A stretch of 64,000 nt of DNA from Octopus bimaculoides (Eukaryota), in assembly GCF_001194135.2 (NCBI RefSeq), contig NC_068988.1, positions 27,362,748 to 27,426,747 on the forward strand, read 5' to 3'. Positions 49,005 through 61,700 of this stretch are shown here, one piece after another. The notes below the pieces were generated by a model. It saw only the letters and a list, made by a program, of their open reading frames with translations, did no database searches and was not told the DNA's origin. The translations under genes and the position numbers were made by a program. Each line of letters begins with the position of its first letter. Position 1 is the first letter of the stretch.

Positions 49005-50290
49005 TGAGGGTTGGTGAGAAGAAGGACATCCAGCTGTAGAAAATTAGCCTCGATAAATTCTGTGTGAGCCATGCAAGCATGGAGAAGTGGATGTTAAAAT
49101 GTTGCTGATGATGATGGTAATGATATTGTGTGTGTGTATTACTCCCTTGACGCTATCTTTATTATAGCATGTTAGTTCATGTTTTATATATCTACCTCTC
49201 TTTTTCTATGTGTGTGTATGTATGCATATGCATGAATATATATNNNNNNNNNNNNNNNNNNNNNNNNNNNNNNNNNNNNNNNNNNNNNNNNNNNNNNNNN
49301 NNNNNNNNNNNNNNNNNNNNNNNNNNNNNNNNNNNNNNNNNNNNNNNNNNNNNNNNNNNNNNNNNNNNNNNNNNNNNNNNNNNNNNNNNNNNNNNNNNNN
49401 NNNNNNNNNNNNNNNNNNNNNNNNNNNNNNNNNNNNNNNNNNNNNNNNNNNNNNNNNNNNNNNNNNNNNNNNNNNNNNNNNNNNNNNNNNNNNNNNNNNN
49501 NNNNNNNNNNNNNNNNNNNNNNNNNNNNNNNNNNNNNNNNNNNNNNNNNNNNNNNNNNNNNNNNNNNNNNNNNNNNNNNNNNNNNNNNNNNNNNNNNNNN
49601 NNNNNNNNNNNNNNNNNNNNNNNNNNNNNNNNNNNNNNNNNNNNNNNNNNNNNNNNNNNNNNNNNNNNNNNNNNNNNNNNNNNNNNNNNNNNNNNNNNNN
49701 NNNNNNNNNNNNNNNNNNNNNNNNNNNNNNNNNNNNNNNNNNNNNNNNNNNNNNNNNNNNNNNNNNNNNNNNNNNNNNNNNNNNNNNNNNNNNNNNNNNN
49801 NNNNNNNNNNNNNNNNNNNNNNNNNNNNNNNNNNNNNNNNNNNNNNNNNNNNNNNNNNNNNNNNNNNNNNNNNNNNNNNNNNNNNNNNNNNNNNNNNNNN
49901 NNNNNNNNNNNNNNNNNNNNNNNNNNNNNNNNNNNNNNNNNNNNNNNNNNNNNNNNNNNNNNNNNNNNNNNNNNNNNNNNNNNNNNNNNNNNNNNNNNNN
50001 NNNNNNNNNNNNNNNNNNNNNNNNNNNNNNNNNNNNNNNNNNNNNNNNNNNNNNNNNNNNNNNNNNNNNNNNNNNNNNNNNNNNNNNNNNNNNNNNNNNN
50101 NNNNNNNNNNNNNNNNNNNNNNNNNNTGTGTGTGTGTGTGTGTAATTAGCAGTGAATCTCACATAAGCCCCTCTCCATATCTGATCATTCAGAAAGGTCA
50201 GAATGATATCAGATGGTTGGGTCATAAAAGGGATGTTGTAGCCTATCTAATCTGAAGCTATAGTAATCTAGAGCTATGCTGAGGTATGGA

Positions 50291-50348
<58 letters not shown>

Positions 50349-51020
50349 AAATAGTTTAGTATAAAGAAAACGAGGCTGATCAGTTGGTGATTTTGCAAGA
50401 AGCACAGGAGCTAGTTGGCCAAAAGTATTCACCTATGTTTTGCTGCATGGAAGTAGATTGTTGAAAGGAAATGAATGTGACCAGAAAATTTCTCTCATTT
50501 TAAGTCAGCACTTTACTACATCACAACTGCACTTCTGATATCATGTAACAAGAAAACAGTGTGGAGTCACAGAAGTTATATATAAATGCAAGAACTTACT
50601 GTGGACAAGGCTGCATGGCATTCGATTATAAATAGATAAAAAAAAATACAGTAAAGTGGTTGGTGTTATGAGGGGCATCCAGCTGTAAAATTCATGCCAA
50701 AACAGACTGCAGTTTGATGTAGTCCTTTGACTTGCCAGCTAATGTCAAGCCATACAAACCATACCAGAATTGAAAATAGACATTGAATGATGAGGGTATA
50801 TGCATGATTTTGTGTCTGTGATTATCACCACTGCCTAACAACCAGTGTTGGTTTGTGTACATCCCTGTAATTTAATGGTTTGGTAAAAAAGGCCAATAGA
50901 ATAAGTGCCAGATAAAAAAAAAAAAATTTAATCTTAAGTGCTGGTATTGATTTGTTTGACAAAGGCATTTTAAGGCAGTGCTCCAGCATGTCCACACTCC
51001 ATTAAATGAAACCAGTAAAA
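49005..51020 (+). mobile_element. Family C tails (49005-49125, 50650-50797) and family A 3' part (50810-51020)
   Basis: Family signatures; the region is interrupted by the N gap at 49244-50126. Confidence 0.65.
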
Positions 51021-51450
51021 GATAATGATAAAAGGACTGTTAAAATATGAAATAATATGTTAGTACTAACATTAGTAATGTTTATGACTTGATGTTACTA
51101 AAATTTTGTAAAGCAATTCTGGAAAAAAAACAAAAAAAAACAAACAAAAAAAACCAGCCCATAAATAATTCATTTTAATTACTTTTCATATTTGATGATG
51201 CAGTGTATAGCTGTACTGAGAAAGATTGGTGTGTTAGTTTCTCTGAGTATATACATTTCTGTATAAGTTGTAGAACATAATATACTAACTAGGCCAAAAA
51301 GTGTGTGTGTGAGTGCAAAACTTTGGAAAAATAAATGTTTTGATGAATGTCTTTTGACAGAACACACAGGATTTAAGATTATTTATATAAGATCTCTCTC
51401 TCTCTCTGAAATGTTTATATGTCTTTCTGTATGTATGATGTATGTATGTG

Positions 51451-51898
51451 GACTGGCACCCGTGCCAGTGGAGCACTAACATCACCATCTGAGCGAGAAC
51501 ACTGCCAGAGCAGCTGTCTGGCTTCCGTGCTGGTAGCATGTAAATAGCACCATTTGAATGTGATCATTACCAGCATCGCCTTACTGGCACTTGTGCCGGT
51601 GGCATGTGAACAAAACATTCGAGCGAGGTCGTTGCCAGCGCCACTGGACTGACTCCTGCGCAAGTGGCACGTAAAAACAATATTTGAGCATGGCCATTGC
51701 CAGTACCGCCAGACTGGCCCTCGTGCCGGTGGCATGTAAAAGCACCCACTACACTCTCAGAGTAGTTGGCGTTAGGAAGGGCATCCAGCTGTAGAAACTC
51801 TGCCAGATCAGATTGGAGCTTGGTGCAGCCTTCTAGCTTGCCAGCCCTCAGTCAAATTGTCCAAACCATGCTAGCATGGAAAGTGGACATTAAACGAT

Positions 51899-51899
<1 letters not shown>
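51451..51899 (+). mobile_element. Family C element with five tandem ~65-bp 5' units
   Basis: Units begin at about 51452, 51517, 51583, 51648 and 51713 (ctggc..cgtgccggtggcacgtaaaa), followed by a young family C body and tail. Confidence 0.8.
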
Positions 51900-51944
<45 letters not shown>

Positions 51945-52344
51945 CATCATCATCATTGTTTAATAGCTGCTTTCCATATATACACACAAAAATTTGTGCT
52001 GATCACTGTAGAGTGGTTGTGAGTTGCTGGCATGCTAAGCCCATGACCTGGTTTTAATTTCCGGTGATAGCTCTCATATTGCTAATACTCTTGGGGAGGA
52101 AGACAAATATATCACAACTACCATATGTTTACTCCTCTCCTAAAATGTCCAACCTGTCTTGGCTATCTGGGGAAAGCAATGTGAAGCTACCTCATAGTAT
52201 TCTTTCTGCTGCATTGTGGTTGTAACTAACCTTATCGAGAATCGGATTTATTATTTGTTAGGAAACATACATGTATTGTCATTTGTGAGTGGATTGTCTT
52301 GTAAGCATTAAAGTAAAATTTGGTTTCTGACTATGTAAAGAATA

Positions 52345-53500
52345 GTGTGCGGTAAGAAGTTTACTTCCCAACCACATGGTTCCAGGTTCAGTCCCACTGT
52401 GTGGCACCCTAGGCAGGTATCTACTAAAGCACTGGGCCACCCAAAGCATTGTGAGTGAATTTTGTTGGTAGAAACTGAAAGGAATCAATTGTGTGTATGT
52501 GAATAAATGTATATATATGTTTGTATGTGTATGTGTGTGTTATGTCTTTCCTTGACATTGCATGATAGTTGTAAACAAATCTCACTGTAATACAAGCAAC
52601 GTCTTTTGTTTCTAATATTCTGTGATATTTTGGTCATGGGTAAAATATTACCTTACTTGGAAACAGCATGACATAATCCAATTAGATAAGGAGTTCTAGT
52701 TATCTCTTTAATACTCCCTGCATTAAATATGTTAATATTTGAGTTAAACCATGGCTGAAAAAGACAGGGTGGTCATGACTGAAAAACTTTTGATTGTAGA
52801 CCTGCCCAATCAGAGCTGACTTAGAGCTAAACCTGATTTGAAGGTAAAATAGTAGAGGTGGGTGAGGGTTATCATTGCAAGCATCATTCATTCTCCCCAC
52901 TCTACAAATGGTTCACTTATCTATTTACATAGAAATAACTTAGGATCTTAGGAAGGTGACTATCAAGGAAATTGTATGCAGTAGAACTAATCTATAAAAA
53001 TACACCTATAAAGTGTTCTTAAGTAAGTTAGTGATAGAAAAGAAAATGAAGTTTGGTTGGTTGTATTGTTGTTTTTTTTTTTCTTTCTGGAACTGTTTTT
53101 AGTGATATTTCAATGGCCTAGTTTAACATAAACATCTATGATTGAAGCTTTATTAATCTTGGAATTTGAAATGGAAACTTTTAAGTCATCCAACCACTAA
53201 TTAATCAAATTAATAACTCCACATTAAGCTACTTACAAACATTATATTATTATTAGGCCATTTTTTACTGTTTATTTAGCTTGTTTTTTTTCCAGTTTTG
53301 TGCAAAAATTTTACATTTCTACTCTGGAATCTCACTAGACTTTATTTTAGCTAGGCATGGCTGTGTGGTTAAGAAGTTCACTTTGTAACCATACAGTTTC
53401 ATGTTTAGTCCTACTGTGTGGCACGTTAGGCAACTGGCAAGTGTTTCCTACAATAGCCACAGGTTGGCCAATGCCTTGTGAGTGAATTTGGTAGATGGTG
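52345..53500 (+). mobile_element. Family A SINEs (52345-52670, 53350-53500)
   Basis: gtgtgcggtaagaag / ggctgtgtggttaagaag heads with B-box. Confidence 0.75.
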
Positions 53501-54199
53501 TTCATCTCTAAAATAGAAATGAACACCATTCCTCCATGTGATTGGCTTGAAAAATTAAGATATTAACATATTTTCTTGACGTGAAACCAATGGTAGCCTT
53601 AATACATAAATATACGTGTGTGTGTGTGTGTAAATGATGAACTTCCACAGACCCAAGCACATGGCTATGTAATTAAAAAGTTAGCTTGTGGGCTGGATTA
53701 GAGATGGTTTTATGTCTTGCAAACCTCAACAAATATAGAAATGAATCCTGTTCACACAAAGTTGCACCAGGGACATGCTGCCTAGGTAAGCAGTGCCTAC
53801 CTTGAATAAAATAGTTCGATAGCAACATTTTCCTCTCATGGCAAAATATGCACCTAATTCAATAAAATTATGAAGGTTACTCTGATTACTATGCATAAAA
53901 TACAAAATGTTTTATTTTTTTGTAGATTAGGTAGGCATAATCCACCCTTGCTTTTCTATCTTAGTATCTAAGCTACGCATAGTACTGCTGTAGTACATGT
54001 GCTGCATACATTTCTACAACACCATTTTCTTTACGTGCTATAAAGGCAGAAATAGATCTGCCTTCAACTCGGTCATGTGCTTTTGTTTTGCTTATTTTTT
54101 GTGTGGTTTAACTACATAAAGGTCGCCAACTGCCTACCATGAGTAATTACTGGCGGCACGTGCCTGGATTGCACTATTAATCAATGTAAGCTATGGTTT

Positions 54200-55240
54200 T
54201 GTTTATTTATTTGCAATGGTTAAGGGACAAAATTTTTTCTAATTATGGCCAAAATTTTGTAGATCTTGCAGTTAAAGCTGACTAAGTTGCGATCATTTAA
54301 CACGGATCTGTAAACAGACTTAATGTACCTCATCTTTGAAAATGCTTTTTCTCACATTTATATACTGTATCAAATGCTAAATCCCATCTCTGAACCAAAG
54401 ACTTTAAAGAATATATCTTTCATGCATGTATGAAAGAAAGTCAATCAAATTTTCCCTTGTAACTTGTCATTTGACTCCAAGTCAATAACTTCCCAGTTGA
54501 AAATATGTTGAAAGTTCTTTGCTAATGCAGCCAAATGGATTTTGAAAGATTTTTAATGGTGTTACATTTTCATCAAGATCTGAGAAAATGTTGTTGAAAC
54601 TCTAGCTTCAGACCAATGAGGAATGCCTTGAGCAAATTTAAAAGGAAATGAAGAATTTGCTTCTTGGTTGTAATTTTCGCAGCTGGGGCTGAATTTATTA
54701 AAATGCATCAATTAAGTCAACTGAGAATGTTACTTGCCACAATCATTCACTGTTCGCAAACAGTGGCAGAGCATAATTCTTCTCATAGAAAAACCAAAAC
54801 AAAACAAACAATGTTAAATTTCCATCTGAAGTTCAAAAATCATGAAATAACTTTTCTACTGTCAGTCATCTAACAATGGTATGGTACAGCAATTTGCTGT
54901 ATTTAGCTTCTTCTTTTTCTTTTTTTCTTTTTTTTTTTTCTTCAGTAAGGTTCAAAACTGGTCATGATTGAGTGCATGCAATCAAATAAAAATTCACTGT
55001 TGATACAACTGGTTCTATCACACCTGATAGATCTAAATGGTTTTTGCAAAGTGCCTTTTGTTGAATAATGCAGTGAAACACTATAGGTTTTGCACACCTC
55101 ATGCTGCACTCACAAATTATGTAGACTTGCCTCACAAAGATTTTTCTTTCACCACATTTTTTTCCATTACCATATTTCATACTATCAGTCATAATATATT
55201 TTAGACATTTCCAAACCAGATTGTCATTCATTAAGCCATT
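54200..55240 (-). pseudogene. hAT (Buster/SPIN/Charlie-type) transposase fossil
   Basis: Frameshift-corrected motifs in the expected order: LVWKCLKYIMTD; FHCIIQQKALCK...VVSTVNF; ALNHDQF; KLLYHTIVR*LT (YHTEVRWLS); KIFQNPF; FQLEVIDL; YKCEKAFSKMRYIKSVYRSVLND (C-terminal dimerisation domain). Confidence 0.85.
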
Positions 55241-55520
55241 TGTTCCCTATAGAGCATAGGCTATCAACAACTTTCCTCCTCTCTTGCCGAATCTTGACCT
55301 TTCCTCTCCCAGGTCATGTTGGTTCAGAATTATCATTAAATTGTCTGTAACTTGGCTTTTTTCTAGGTAGGGATGTTGGTTCTATGCAAGCTTACTTTTA
55401 CCTCTGGGAAGAGGTGGTCCTTAATTAGTCTGTCTTCTTTCCTCTGACTTGTCTGGCATGGGAGCTTGCATTCTGCTGGTATATGAGACACACAAGCCAC
55501 CACATGGCAACAAGGATTGG
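55240..55520 (-). mobile_element. Probable old LINE 3' fragment
   Basis: gacttgtctggcatggg...caagccaccacatggcaacaagg resembles a common LINE-tail sequence. Weak support. Confidence 0.3.
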
Positions 55521-56379
55521 ATCTTATACTCCGTCAATTTGAACTTCGTCAAATTGTATTTTGTCCATATTTTCTCAACCTCTTTAAAAATGCTTTCACC
55601 ATAGTTGTTCTTCCTTGCATGTTGCTCTTTGAAGCTGGTTGTACCATCAGTTCTTTAAATGAGCCAAAGCAACATGGAATTATCATATGCATCTTTTCAT
55701 CAAAAGCTGGAACCCACTGGAGATATTGTGCTTGATTATTTAATTGGCTCAGAATGATGTTTCCTTTAGTCTTTGGCTCACCGATTTACTATTGTTTCAG
55801 TAAGTTGAATCAATTTATTTTTTTCTGGATATATTTCTTAACCTGTTTTGTTGTATCTCAAAAAAGGTCATTATGCCAATAATAAACACACACACACTGG
55901 TTGTATTTCACTTCTTTATACCCTCTACTTCAGGTTTGTTTCAAAGCACTTTGCAGAGTGTACTAGGTGGGGTTTTTTTTTTATGTTGCCAGCACTGGTG
56001 GATTACTAGAACATTAAATAATGATGATATATATATATGGATACCTTCAGATTTGGTTTTATTTTTCTTTGTATCATGTAACTGACATAAAATATACATG
56101 CTTTGCACATTTTTATGTCCTTTTTCTGCTTTTTGTCATTGGTTATCATGACTAACATCTTTCAGTTGCAATGCCTTTCTTCAAATGGAGGAAAGCAGAA
56201 AATAGTAATAATAATAACAATAATAATAATAATAATAATAAACCAGTATTTTTATACCACAAGCCGTAACTGTTCTGTATGTAGATGGTAGAGTATTAAC
56301 AAATATTGTTGTGAATGGAATAAAATTGAAACCAAATACCCACTCTATGTTGATATTGACAGCATTAATAAGATTGATA

Positions 56380-56620
56380 AATTTACTTTATTAAGTTATG
56401 ATTTCAGCCAAAACTTTCCATCGAACTCTTTTTTGAGTACATTGATGTTATATGCATTTTGTTCTTATATATTTTCTAGCAAAGGATTGCATGTTTTGAT
56501 TGGTCGTTGGTAGTTTTGTGAGTTGTAAAGCTTTGTTTAACTGGCTTGCCAGAAGGCCTAAGTATGCTGCTTGTGTGTGACCTTCGTTGGCATTCATTTA
56601 TGGTTCATTGTTCATATACC
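56380..56620 (-). mobile_element. Penelope-like GIY-YIG endonuclease remnant
   Basis: Frameshifted peptide YLGL...VKQSFTTHKTT...RWKVL resembles the PLE consensus YIG.T...FK.R...HK.SF...I.WKIL. Confidence 0.4.
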
Positions 56621-56959
56621 ATGTGGTTTCTTGGTGCATTAATATACCTTCAGCTATATTCTTCTGGAAGCCTGCTTTCTAATTGTGTAGGAAAAGGGAT
56701 CATAGCTGTACTGTAGGCAATACAGAGATGTAGATTACTCATAAAATTTCAGCTTTTGTTCAGAAGTTTGATCTTCAGGCACACTACAACAATTTGCTGA
56801 AATGTGCATGAAGGCAGCTAGTAAAGGTTGTCTAGTTTATAGCTATGAAAGGATAGTATTCTTTCACTGTCACAAAAGTTCACTGGAACATTTAAGCTTT
56901 CTTTGCTATTTCAGGTTTATCTAATATATTACTGAAATGAATGGAATTCTATGTCAATT

Positions 56960-57518
56960 TGTGTTTTATACATACCTTGTTTCAGTCGTTGGGCTGTGGC
57001 CATGCTGGAGCACACCCTTGAAGTGTTTTACATGTCAACACCGGGATTTATACTTTTTATGTCTGGTACTTATTTTACTGGTCTCTTTTGCCAAACTGCT
57101 AAGTCACATGTATGTGTATATATGTATGTACATATATGTCTATATATATATATATATATATAGATAGGGTGATAAATTGAATATTAGTTCAATTTAAAAC
57201 CAAGTGGCCTAGCATATAAAAAAATCTGAAAATTCAGAAAAAATTGTACTACATGTATATAAGGGATGACCACTAGGTGGATATCCAATATGCTAGAAAG
57301 AGATCATCAACGACCCAACCACAAAGAAAAATAATGTTCTCCAGAAAAATTTCGCAAAAACACCAGAACAGGACAAAATGAGAAATATACAGAATAACAA
57401 ATTGTGGTTGGGTCGTTGATGATCTCTTTCTAGCATATTGGATGTCCACCTAGTGGTCATCCCTTATACACGTGTATATATATATATATATATATATGTA
57501 TTTGTATATATTTGTATG

Positions 57519-57556
<38 letters not shown>

Positions 57557-59060
57557 AACAGCCTTCCACACAATTTCCATCTATCAAATTCACTCACAAG
57601 GCAATGCTCAGCTAGGGGCTACAGTTGAAGACACTTGTCCAAAATGCTGTGCAGTCGAACTGAACCCAAGACTACACGGTTGCTAAATGAGCTTCTAAAC
57701 AACACAACCATGTCTGCGCTTTAATCTTGAAATATAGCAGTGTCACGTAAGTTGCCCATGTGATGCCATGTGAAAGTGCCTGTGCGGTGCCACATAAAAG
57801 CATCCAGTAGAGTCTGTAAAATGGTTGGTGTTAAGGAAAGGCATCAGCCGTAGAAACCATGCTAAATCAGACTGGAGTCTGGGGCAGCTCCCTAGCATGC
57901 CAGCTTTGGTCAAATCATTTAACTGATGCTGGCATGGACAACAGAGGTTAAATGGTGATAATGATGATGGTTCAAATGTACAGAAAACAAAAGACAAGAG
58001 ACAAGTGAGGGAACAACAAGCAAGTGTATTAGTTTGACACCTGGGAAAAATGGAAAAGTCTTAGGCATTCAAACTTATACTCCCCAACAGAAAAGGATGA
58101 GAGGAAAAAAATGGACAGAGAGAGAGAGAGAGAAATGTGTTGGGATATATATATACCAGTAATGTACTGGAGCCAATTACCTTGACTACACTCTTCTCTG
58201 TGTGTGTTTTCTCAAAGGAAATCATTATTTATAGATTTGTAATCAGAGATTGGTTTACAACACAAATGTTTTAGACAAAAGTACCAGCAATTAAAAGAAA
58301 AAATAAGAGGAAAAACTATTGTAATAAGTACTATATCTATTTCTGAAAATGATTGTGGCAACCCTGTGTGGTTTTCCTAGGCAAATCATTTGCTGTTCTT
58401 GTGACTACAGTTTTTTTTTTAAATTTATTTATTTATGTAATACTAATCACCAGTCATTATTATTTCATTTAGACTTGTTTTCCTTTGCTAGCACAAGTGA
58501 GCCAAGTCCGATTTGTCACTATAGAAACAGGAATATTCAGTTGGAAATCGACTCAGATTTGACCATTGCACATACATAGACATCAGGTCCTTATTCTTGA
58601 TTTGGTGAATCTACTAGAAGTCTTTTAATCTTACCGGTTTCAGTACTGTGACCATAGGCACAGGCATGGCTGTGTGATAAGTTTGCTTCCAAACCACATG
58701 GTTTTGGATTCAATCCTAGTGTGTGGAACCTTGAACAAGTGTCTTCTACTATATAGTCTTGGGCCAATGCAAAGCCTTGTAAATGGATTTGGTAGACAGA
58801 AACTGTAAGAAGCTTATCATATGTGCTTGTGTGTGCTTGTGTGTGCTTGTATGTGTGTTTGTGTTTGTCCTTCACCATTGCCTATCAACTGGTGTTGTTT
58901 TGTTTACATCCCCATAACTTAGTAGTTTGGCAGAAAAGACTGATAGAATAAATACCAGATTAAGGAAAACAGTAAGTATTGGAGTTGACTAGTTTGAGTA
59001 AACCCTTGAAAGTGATGCCCAAGTATGGCCACAGTTCAGTGCCTGAAACAAATAAAAGAT
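56960..59060. mobile_element. Family A (-, 56960-57110; -, 57555-57715; +, 58660-59060) and family C (+, 57745-57972)
   Basis: Family signatures as above. Confidence 0.75.
57250..57476. mobile_element. Young TIR element (75-bp near-perfect inverted arms, 77-bp spacer) in a TA-rich context
   Basis: Arms 57250-57324 and 57402-57476 differ at only 3 positions, all transitions. TA dinucleotides flank the AGGGATGACC and GGTCATCCCT termini. Confidence 0.9.
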
Positions 59061-59089
59061 TAGTGATGCTCAGCTGTCACCTTCTAGAG

Positions 59090-59430
59090 CAGGCCTGGCC
59101 AACTTGAATTATATTGCAAACCACTTTAATTACAGAAAGTTTTTTGTGGGCTGGTTGTATACTGACAGAAATGGAAGCATTTTGCTTTAATTTTATTTAT
59201 TTTGCTATTATTACAATAATGAATGAATGATCATTGATTCAACATGAAATATTATCATTGTAAAAACAGTAGTATCTTTCTTTTTTGCTTTTCATTACAG
59301 TCTTTAATTTTTGATAAAATTTCTAAAATGTTTGTTTCAATAAACCCATTTCAAGAAAGTATCAAGCAGGCTGCAAGATAAAAGTCTGTGGGCCGCATGC
59401 AGCCCGTGGGCCTCAGGTTGGCCAGCCCTG
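59090..59430. mobile_element. hAT MITE (341 bp) with intact 8-bp TSD
   Basis: TSD TTCTAGAG at 59082-59089 and 59431-59438. TIRs CAGGCCTGGCCAAC and GTTGGCCAGCCCTG (13/14). Subterminal ggccgcatgcagcccgtgggcc is typical of Buster/Charlie elements. Confidence 0.92.
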
Positions 59431-60229
59431 TTCTAGAGCATAGTTGATTACATCAATCCCAGTAATTATTTTATCAATTTGTTCTTATTTTATCAATGTT
59501 GGACAGTTAAAAGTTAAACTGTACTTGGGTAGGGTTTGAACCCCAAATCTTGAAGACTTTAACCAAATAGCCCAAGCTGTTTTTTGTCAGATCCTTTATT
59601 GATTCTGCCATCCACCCAGTATAGAGTTTGAAAGTAGTTTTCTCAGTTTTATGAATTTCACTATAGGATAATTATCTCCATAGCAACTGCATAGAAATAT
59701 GGTAATATCATGTGAGCTTCTTGTCAAGCAGAACCTGTATAATTGGAAATAACTTTATGCAGCTAGATTACCTTTCATAACAACTCGAAATTGTTTGAAG
59801 CGGGTTCTGACAAAAATGTGTTATTGTTTACAAAAGTTTGAGTTAGTAGAGGTGTGCAGGCAATGCTAAGAGTATTGTATTTTTATAGGTTTGGGAATAT
59901 TTTTCAATTGTCCAGTTTTTACTTCATTAACCCCATATTGTCTGTTTGTGACACACACAATGGATGTGAGGTCAAATAGCTGAGCTACTGACTGCATATT
60001 CACAAATTCACACAATGCTACAACTATTATCTCGTGTCCTTCGGCAAAGTACATTATTCTATTTGTCCTAGACTACGTAAGTGGATTATAAATACCGATC
60101 CTATTTCTATGCTGGAATCTGTAACTTTGCAAACAGTTCAGAAAAAGAGGCTGATAGAATACTACTCTTCCTCTTCAAAACTGCTGGCTTTGTACCTAAA
60201 ATGGAAATTATTATCATTATTAATATTTA

Positions 60230-61700
60230 GTTGAAGGAAGAACGGTGGTGGTACCTTTGGATACCATCCTAGATTGGTGCAGTCAGAGAAGTCTATGTAC
60301 TTAAATATATGTTATGTCAGTGGTGTTGGTAGTGGATATAAGGGGGTGGAGTATGAATAGGGTATTCATCCCAGAGAACTGTGGTTCTGCGTAGGAAGGA
60401 TTCAGAAAAGTATCTAATGTAGAAATTTGCTGGGAAGTGAGACAACGTAGGCTCATCACAGTTAACTTTCATGTATTGTGATGATTATCTTGTAAGAACA
60501 CCCTCTTCTGTTGCTGATGTTGGATGATTTCCAGGTATTGTAGGTTGTGTTCTTTGCTTGTGCAGCTGTGTGTGAACCAGTTTGTGGTGTGGGGGTTATG
60601 GCTTTTGGTTGCGTGGGAAGGGAAATGTGGTAACATACATATAAGAGGATGGTACCAATCATCCACTTAGCTGTGTCAGATGGGTCAGAGGTGAAGCACA
60701 TTTACTGCAGTGAGAGTCGGTGTAGATATGGCATAGCTCCAACCAGTTAGCTAGTTTTAATTACCAGAGGGTTCACTGTAGCGTAGCTAGAGTGTGGGGT
60801 AGATGGTGATGGAGGTGGTCTACATAGGGTTGGGCAATGCTTTTATCAGGACAGCACTTTTGGGTTTCGTATATAAGTCTGTATAGGGGACAGGTGTGTC
60901 TGTATAGGGGACAGGTGTGGTGGGATCAAACTCAAGGGCTAGTAGCTTTGCTAGATTGTTTGATATAGAATAGCATTGGGCTTCTATGTCAATAAATGGT
61001 AGAAGATTATGATGATGTCATTTGTATATGAGGGTGTATAAAATATTAATATTCATGTAACTTCTACAGCAAGAAACCTATTCTACTTTGGCCCCTTCTC
61101 ATACTAAACCCTTCATCCTCTTATGTAAAGCCACCTCCTCAGGGTTTGTAGTTTTGCAAGTTGCATGGTGATCTTACTTGTGCAGGTAATTTTGTGAAGG
61201 CAAATGTTAAAGAGATTGGTTGCGAGGATAGATCCTTGTGGTACACCATTTGGAAATTACAAGTTTTCTAAATGTATTGTTATTATATATAAGCTTGGCA
61301 ATGGGAAGAATAGTTTGCTTGCCAACATTATGTCATAATTTGTGATTGAAGTATCAGCAGAAAGTGGTACTATGTGTACAGTGGCGAGGCAGATTGTGCA
61401 TCTGTAGGTTGAAAGAGAACTTTTAAGGCAGAATTTTATAGTATTTCATTTTGTAGAGAATCTAGGAAATTTAGTGGTTGTATATAATGCAAGATTGGTA
61501 TTCATAAAAGATTGATAGTTAGCTGTCTAATGTTTAGTGTTATTTAGGGAACTGTTCTGTATTATTTTTATGAGATGCACAAGGGCATTGAATTAAAGTC
61601 TATGCTGATATTTATGTTGGTTGTGATGATGATAATGCATAATGAAGACTTTTATTGTTGAAGCCATCTGCTATTTGTTCTTAGAGTGGTGTGTCAGTTG
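60230..61700 (-). pseudogene. Degenerate LINE reverse-transcriptase fossil
   Basis: NGVPQGSILATNLFNI at about 61200-61250, upstream DTSITNYD (DLS.AYD-like) and a downstream KLA..WG-like segment. Many stops and frameshifts; an RTE-related insert lies at about 61050-61140. Confidence 0.65.

Noticed and set aside
51451-51740. Regularly spaced ~65-bp repeats as a CRISPR-like array
   Set aside because: Whole units are homologous (no unique spacers), eukaryotic context, no cas genes, and contiguous with a retroposon.
58470-58579. Phase-1-compatible candidate second exon (DLFSFASTSEPSP...AHT*)
   Set aside because: Weak acceptor, early stop, no recognisable domain, and located among repeats.
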